Positions 63,427-64,000 of a stretch of DNA of 64,000 bases are shown piece after piece. The notes under the pieces were generated by a model, which was not told where the DNA came from, did not search any database, and saw only the letters and a program-made list of their open reading frames with translations. Position 1 is the first letter of the stretch. Every line of letters begins with the position of its first letter. Location of the stretch: NCBI GenBank assembly GCA_016748015.1, contig JAAOMT010000200.1, positions 494,984 through 558,983 on the forward strand, in the 5' to 3' direction. The translations under genes and the position numbers were made by a program. This DNA comes from Geosiphon pyriformis uo1 (taxonomy: Eukaryota > Fungi > Glomeromycota).

Positions 63427-64000
63427 ATGAGCCGAAATGGGCGAAAGACTAGTGACTCAACACATGACGAAATATCAGTTAGAAGGAGGACAAGGAGCTC
63501 TTCACGACCTGAAGACCTCATTGGTAGGTTAATCCTTGGCTTAAAGAAACCTGGCTTTCTCGTTTTTACCATTTTATGCGTAGAAGCGCGAAACACTTAG
63601 TTTTCTACTCATATACAATGCAATGATTTCCTATATATGATAAATTAATAAAAAAATTTAGATCTTGCGCTTCATCGAAATCCCCTTAGGATGAAACGGA
63701 GGAGAACCGATGCCGAAGAGACGCCATTAGGTAGATTTTCATTTTTGCGCATAACATAAATTTTTATTAGCCACAATCGGCATGGTCTCAGTTTGCCTTT
63801 ACCTCATGCTTTGATATCACCACTGTAAAATACTTTGTTGAAAGATCCAGTTGTTGAATCATCACGGAATGCTCAAGCAACTCCAATTATTTTACCCCCT
63901 CTACCCCCTTTGTCCATTCCCCCCATATATTCAACGACGGCAAATGTGACTTCACCAGGGCCTTCATCGATATTACCACCAATCGATTTGTCACGGGAGG
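63427..64000 (+). CDS. Partial spliced host gene of unknown function, runs off the right edge
   Basis: Exons 63427-63523, 63662-63730 and 63845-64000 join in frame through two phase-1 GT-AG introns: MSRNGRKT..PEDLI/DLALHRNPLRMKRRRTDAEETPL/DPVVESSRNAQATPIILPPLPPL. CpG is retained, unlike in the TEs. An acceptor at ~63390 means the true start may lie upstream. Confidence 0.55.

Overview
Eukaryotic, very AT-rich fungal DNA. The intron-rich XRN1, Sel1 repeats and repeat load suggest an early-diverging fungus such as Glomeromycotina, but this is inference. Only two host genes are visible: a complete multi-exon XRN1 (10151-16165, +) and the start of an unknown spliced gene at the right edge. About 80% of the window is nested, C>T/G>A-eroded transposons. 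These are: six pieces of an APE-RT-RNase H LINE family (four near full length); two copies of an ORF1-only polyadenylated element ending in the same structured 3' tail as the LINE (HAL1-like); a full 10.2-kb Ty3/gypsy element with a Cys-rich insert, a dUTPase and an extra post-integrase ORF; the 5' end of a second gypsy; two solo LTRs; a non-autonomous LTR element with ~1.4-kb LTRs and a 141-bp interior; and a TA-flanked TIR element carrying four Sel1 repeats. The most notable patterns are the ORF1-only/LINE shared-tail system, LTR target duplications that all look like decayed CpG-centred sites inside other TEs, and the expanded gypsy gene content. All coordinates and translations were read by eye and no database search was run.
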